This document shows, in pieces, positions 60,302 to 64,000 of a stretch of 64,000 bases of DNA. Position 1 is the first letter of the stretch. Each line of letters begins with the position of its first letter. Origin of the DNA: an uncultured Spirochaetota bacterium (lineage in GTDB: Bacteria > Spirochaetota > Spirochaetia > SZUA-6 > Fen-1364); NCBI GenBank assembly GCA_963781885.1, contig CAWAHW010000003.1:1-64000 (forward strand), in the 5' to 3' direction. The translations under genes and the position numbers were made by a program. Below the pieces are notes generated by a model. That model saw only the letters and a program-made list of their open reading frames with translations, was not told the DNA's origin and searched no databases.

Positions 60302-61699
60302 ATGATATCAGAGCTGCCCCGTGCGAAGACGATCATCGAGCCGTTCCGCATCAAGTCGGTGGAGCCCATCCGGCTCCTGTCCGCCGCAGAGCGTCAGCGC
60401 CACATCGAGGAGGCGGGCTACAACCTCTTCAAGCTGCGCGCGCAGGACGTCACATTCGACCTTCTCACGGATTCGGGAACCTCCGCCATGAGCGCCCGCC
60501 AGTGGGCCGGCATCATGGTCGGCGACGAATCCTACGCCGGCTCCCCGAGCTTCCAGCGCTTCGAGGCGGTCGTGCAGGCGCTCACGGGTCTTGCGAATGT
60601 CGTCCCGACGCACCAGGGACGATCGGCCGAGTTCCTCCTCATCCAGGCACTGGGCCTCTCAAAGGGCGACGTGGTGATCGGCAACACGCACTTCGACACG
60701 ACGCGCGCGAACATCGAGCACGTCGGCGCCGAGGCGCGGGACCTTCCCTGTAAAGAGAGCGCGGACACGCAGTCCGAGGCGCCCTTCAAGGGGAACATCG
60801 ACCTGGACGCACTTGCGGAGACGCTAAAAAAGGACCCCCGCCGGGTGCGCCTTGTCATCATCACGGTGACGAACAATTCCGTGGGCGGCCAGCCCGTTTC
60901 AATGGAGAACGTGCGGCGCGCCCGGGCCATCGTGAAGCCGTACGGCATCCCGCTCTTCCTCGACGTCGCGCGTTTCGCGGAGAATGCCTTCTTCATAAAG
61001 AAACGGGAGCCGGGCTTCCAGGACCGGCACGTGCGCGACATCGCGCACGAGATGTTCTCACTCTGCGACGGTGCGCTCATGAGCGCCAAGAAGGATGCCT
61101 TCGGCAACATCGGCGGCTTCCTCGCCATCGGCGACCCCGCGCTTGCCGAGACCGTGCGCAGCCTCATGGTGATCACGGAAGGCTTTCCGACCTACGGCGG
61201 CCTTGCGGGTCGGGACCTCGAGGCGCTCGCCATCGGCCTGGAGGAGATACTGGATGAGGACTACCTCACCTATCGCCTGCGCTCCACCGAGTATTTCGGA
61301 GAGGGCATCAGGGCGGCCGGCATTCCGGTGATCCGGCCCATCGGCGGTCATGCCGTGTACGTCGACGCGGGCGCGGCGCTCCCGCACATCCCCTGGCACC
61401 AATACCCGGGACAGTCGCTCAGCGTGGCGTTGTACACCGGCATCGGCATACGGTCCGTGGAGATAGGGTCGATCATGCTCGGGTCCCGAGACCCGGTCAC
61501 CGGCAAGGAGAGGCCTGCCCCGCAGGAGCTCGTGCGGCTTGCAATACCGCGGCGCGTGTACACCCAGAGCCACGTGGACTACATGATCGAGATGATCGGG
61601 CACCTGGCGGCCAGGCTGGGAGAGCTCAAAGGATATGCCTTCACCTACCAGGCGCCGGTGCTGCGGCATTTCACGGCGCGCTTCAAGCCGCTGGACTGA
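60302..61699 (+). CDS. tnaA: Tryptophanase (beta-eliminating lyase)
   Basis: EPFRIK, DLLTDSGT, PTHQGR; MSAKKD and LRHFTA favour tryptophanase over tyrosine phenol-lyase (MSGKKD, LRFFT). Confidence 0.85.
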   Translation: MISELPRAKTIIEPFRIKSVEPIRLLSAAERQRHIEEAGYNLFKLRAQDVTFDLLTDSGTSAMSARQWAGIMVGDESYAGSPSFQRFEAVVQALTGLANVVPTHQGRSAEFLLIQALGLSKGDVVIGNTHFDTTRANIEHVGAEARDLPCKESADTQSEAPFKGNIDLDALAETLKKDPRRVRLVIITVTNNSVGGQPVSMENVRRARAIVKPYGIPLFLDVARFAENAFFIKKREPGFQDRHVRDIAHEMFSLCDGALMSAKKDAFGNIGGFLAIGDPALAETVRSLMVITEGFPTYGGLAGRDLEALAIGLEEILDEDYLTYRLRSTEYFGEGIRAAGIPVIRPIGGHAVYVDAGAALPHIPWHQYPGQSLSVALYTGIGIRSVEIGSIMLGSRDPVTGKERPAPQELVRLAIPRRVYTQSHVDYMIEMIGHLAARLGELKGYAFTYQAPVLRHFTARFKPLD

Positions 61700-61715
61700 G
61701 CGCGCCGCGTCGGAG

Positions 61716-62744
61716 CTATGCCGACAGGATTAGCTTCGCGGCTTGCTCGAACTGCTGCATCAGCAGCCGCCGGATCCCCGTCTCGGCAAGACCGTAGCGC
61801 AGGCCGTTGAGGTTGAGATCCCACAGCTCAGTCGCGGAAAGGCCCAGCTCGTCGCGCGCGCGGCGCCACTCACGACCCAGATCGGTGCCGAAGAAGGGGG
61901 GATCGTCCGTGGAAAGCGTGACGGGCACCCCGGCGTCCATGAACCGGCGCAGGGGGTGTGCCGCGACTGAAGGGAACACCTTCAGGCATTCGTTGCTGGT
62001 GAGGGCGATGTCGCAGCACACCCCCCTCTCCGCGAGCAGGCGGAGCACCGCGGGGTCCTCTGCCGCGCGCACGCCGTGCTGGACGCGCCGCACGCCCAGC
62101 TCCATCACCGCCTGCTGCACGTGCGCGGCACCGCCCGTCTCTCCTGCATGCGCCACGGTCCAGTATCCCGCCCTGCGCGCGCGGTCGAAGAACTCCCTGA
62201 ACATGGCGCGCGGCAGACCCGTTTCAGGTCCCCCGAGGCCCAGCGCCACCACCAGCGGGTTGGCCTCCTGCTCCAGCAGCGTCACGGTATAGTCCCCGCT
62301 CACCCCGGCGGATTCCCCCGAGATGTCGGTGATCAGCCGTACGATCGGTCCGCCGGAGCTCTGCGCGGCGGCAAACCTGCGCGTGACGATGTCCAGCGCC
62401 CTGCGGCCGCCGATTCCGAATTTTTCATGGTTGTAGGGTGTGAAATGAAGTTCCGCGTAGCGGATATTCTGTCGGGCGCAGTCCGACAGGAATCCGTCCA
62501 CCATCCGCTCGTAGTCTTCGGGCGTGCGGAAGCACGAGCACATCAGGAGCCACAGCTCGATGAAGGCGTCAAAGCTCGTGAACGCGTACAGGCGGCGCAG
62601 CTCGTGGATGCTGTCGGCGGGAAGCGCGACGTGATTCGCGGCCGCCATGGCCCAGAGGGTCTCGGGCGCAATGGTGCCCTCGAGGTGGAGATGCACTTCC
62701 GCCTTTGGAAGCCGCGCGATCTGTTCGTCTGTTGGTGTGGCCAT
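61716..62744 (-). CDS. add: Adenosine/adenine deaminase
   Basis: LPKAEVHLHLEG, AHAGE, RVQHG, STDDP. Confidence 0.9.
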   Translation of the reverse strand: MATPTDEQIARLPKAEVHLHLEGTIAPETLWAMAAANHVALPADSIHELRRLYAFTSFDAFIELWLLMCSCFRTPEDYERMVDGFLSDCARQNIRYAELHFTPYNHEKFGIGGRRALDIVTRRFAAAQSSGGPIVRLITDISGESAGVSGDYTVTLLEQEANPLVVALGLGGPETGLPRAMFREFFDRARRAGYWTVAHAGETGGAAHVQQAVMELGVRRVQHGVRAAEDPAVLRLLAERGVCCDIALTSNECLKVFPSVAAHPLRRFMDAGVPVTLSTDDPPFFGTDLGREWRRARDELGLSATELWDLNLNGLRYGLAETGIRRLLMQQFEQAAKLILSA

Positions 62745-62776
62745 GCCAATGCTCGTACCGAATCCGGCCGCTCCGG

Positions 62777-64000
62777 TCAAGGACTCTCCGGCTCGTCGAC
62801 GGGCACACCCGGCCTGATGCGACGGCTGCAAGGCGGAGACGAGCGCCGCCACGATCGTGATGACAACGGATATGCCGAAGACCTCGTGGAGGCCGCGGGT
62901 GAAGCTTTCCAGCGCCGGGGATGCGCCGGACATGCCGCCGCCGTACAGGAATATCTTGAACATCACGTCCTGTGGAATGCGGCTGAGCACGAGCGGGAAG
63001 GCGAGCGTGATGCTGAGCATCTGGCCGGTGTTCATGAGCATGGTCCGGATGCCCGCGGCGCTGCCGCGATGCTCCCGTGCGACGGCCGTCATGATGGTGT
63101 TCGTGTTCGGCGAGCTGAACAGCCCCGAGCCGCCGCCCATGAGGACCATATAGAGCGCAAGGAGCCAGTAGGGAGTCGAGGCGCTCACGGTGGCGAGCCC
63201 GAAGAGGCCGACGGCGGAAACGAGCAGACCGGCGGTCGCCAGGCCCCGCGAGCCGTGCCTGTCGGAGAGATAGCCCGAGAAGGGACCCACGAGCATGAAT
63301 GCCGCGCCGAACGGGGCCATCATGATGCCCGCCTGGAGGGGATCCTTCCCATACGGACCCTGGAGGAAAAAGATCAGCACGAAGAGCACCGCGCCGCGGG
63401 CAAGACCGTTGAGCGCGTTCGCCAGGGATGCAAAGGAGAAGAGTCTCTGGCGGAAGAGACGCAGGTCGAGCATGGGCTGCGGCGCGCGCACTTCCACGAC
63501 GAAGAAGAAGATCAGGCCCACGACCCCGCAGCCGAGGATGACCATCACAATGGGAAATGCCAGGAGGGGGAAGGCGAGCAGGGAGAGTGCCAGGAGCGTC
63601 GCGCCGAGGCCGACCGTGAAGGTGACGCTTCCCGGCCAGTCGAATGTCTGGGAAGGCGCCGGACGTCGGGGCTCCCTCAAGCGCAGGATGCCCCATACCG
63701 TGCCGAATATCCCCAGGGGCACATTGACAAGGTAGACCCAGCGCCACGAGATCGCCGTGAGAAGACCGCCGACAACGGGTCCCAGCAGGAAGCCTGCTGC
63801 CGCGGCGATCTGGTTCACTCCCAGGCCGAGGCCGACCCTGCCGCGCTCGAAGGCATCGGTGACGATCGCGGTGCTGTTCGTGAAGAGGAGGGCCCCGCCG
63901 ACGCCCTGGATGACGCGCGACACCACCATGTCCCAGGCGTGGAACTGCGGCTGGGAGAGCCCCGCGAGCAGCGAGCCCAGCGTGAAGATCACGAAGCCGG
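62777..64000 (-). CDS. MFS drug:H+ antiporter (DHA2-like), N-terminus outside the window; probable frameshift at about 62810
   Basis: RVIQGVGGA, LGPVVGG, WRWVYLVNVP, GYLSDRHG. Removing one G gives ...AGVPVDEPESP-stop at 62777. Confidence 0.85.

Noticed and set aside
61716-63992. MFS-adenosine deaminase fusion (758 aa)
   Set aside because: Removing one base at about 62810 ends the MFS at TGA 62777. The linker contains a TTGACC promoter-like hexamer before the add ATG, which fits the window's indel pattern. Read support should still be checked.
1-64000. CRISPR array, rRNA, prophage or autonomous IS
   Set aside because: No regularly spaced repeats, rRNA-like tracts, phage structural genes, integrase or transposase motifs were seen.

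Overview
High-GC, densely coding bacterial chromosomal segment with about 55 genes. It is probably from a Spirochaetia member; this is inferred from a PlzA/PilZN3-like protein and a class I LysRS. Content is mostly housekeeping, metabolic and signalling genes: RecQ, HD-GYP, a MoxR-DUF58-transglutaminase-TPR operon, TetR/GH13, deoC, nadBC, mntH, lysS (class I), ilvB-ilvN-leuC-leuD-ilvD, PadR-DUF1700-DUF4097, two radical SAM enzymes, GDP-mannose genes, tnaA and add. I saw no rRNA, complete tRNA, CRISPR array, integrase or transposase. About 11 single-base frameshifts split or fuse genes and are most likely long-read consensus errors. The most striking signal is a 120-nt module between ilvB and ilvN. 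It encodes a 39-aa peptide (MSPVILILL...) with six consecutive Val/Ile/Leu codons, overlaps both neighbours by ATGA, and carries a perfect 19-bp inverted repeat that would bury the ilvN start. It is a candidate mid-operon branched-chain amino acid sensing switch, possibly derived from a MITE. Other candidates: a structured RNA leader at about 12.5 kb, a coupled PaaK-like/SufS-like/DNA methyltransferase-SNase operon, a PMM-PMI fusion and a DEDDh-WYL protein. All calls come from reading motifs by eye; no database searches were run.
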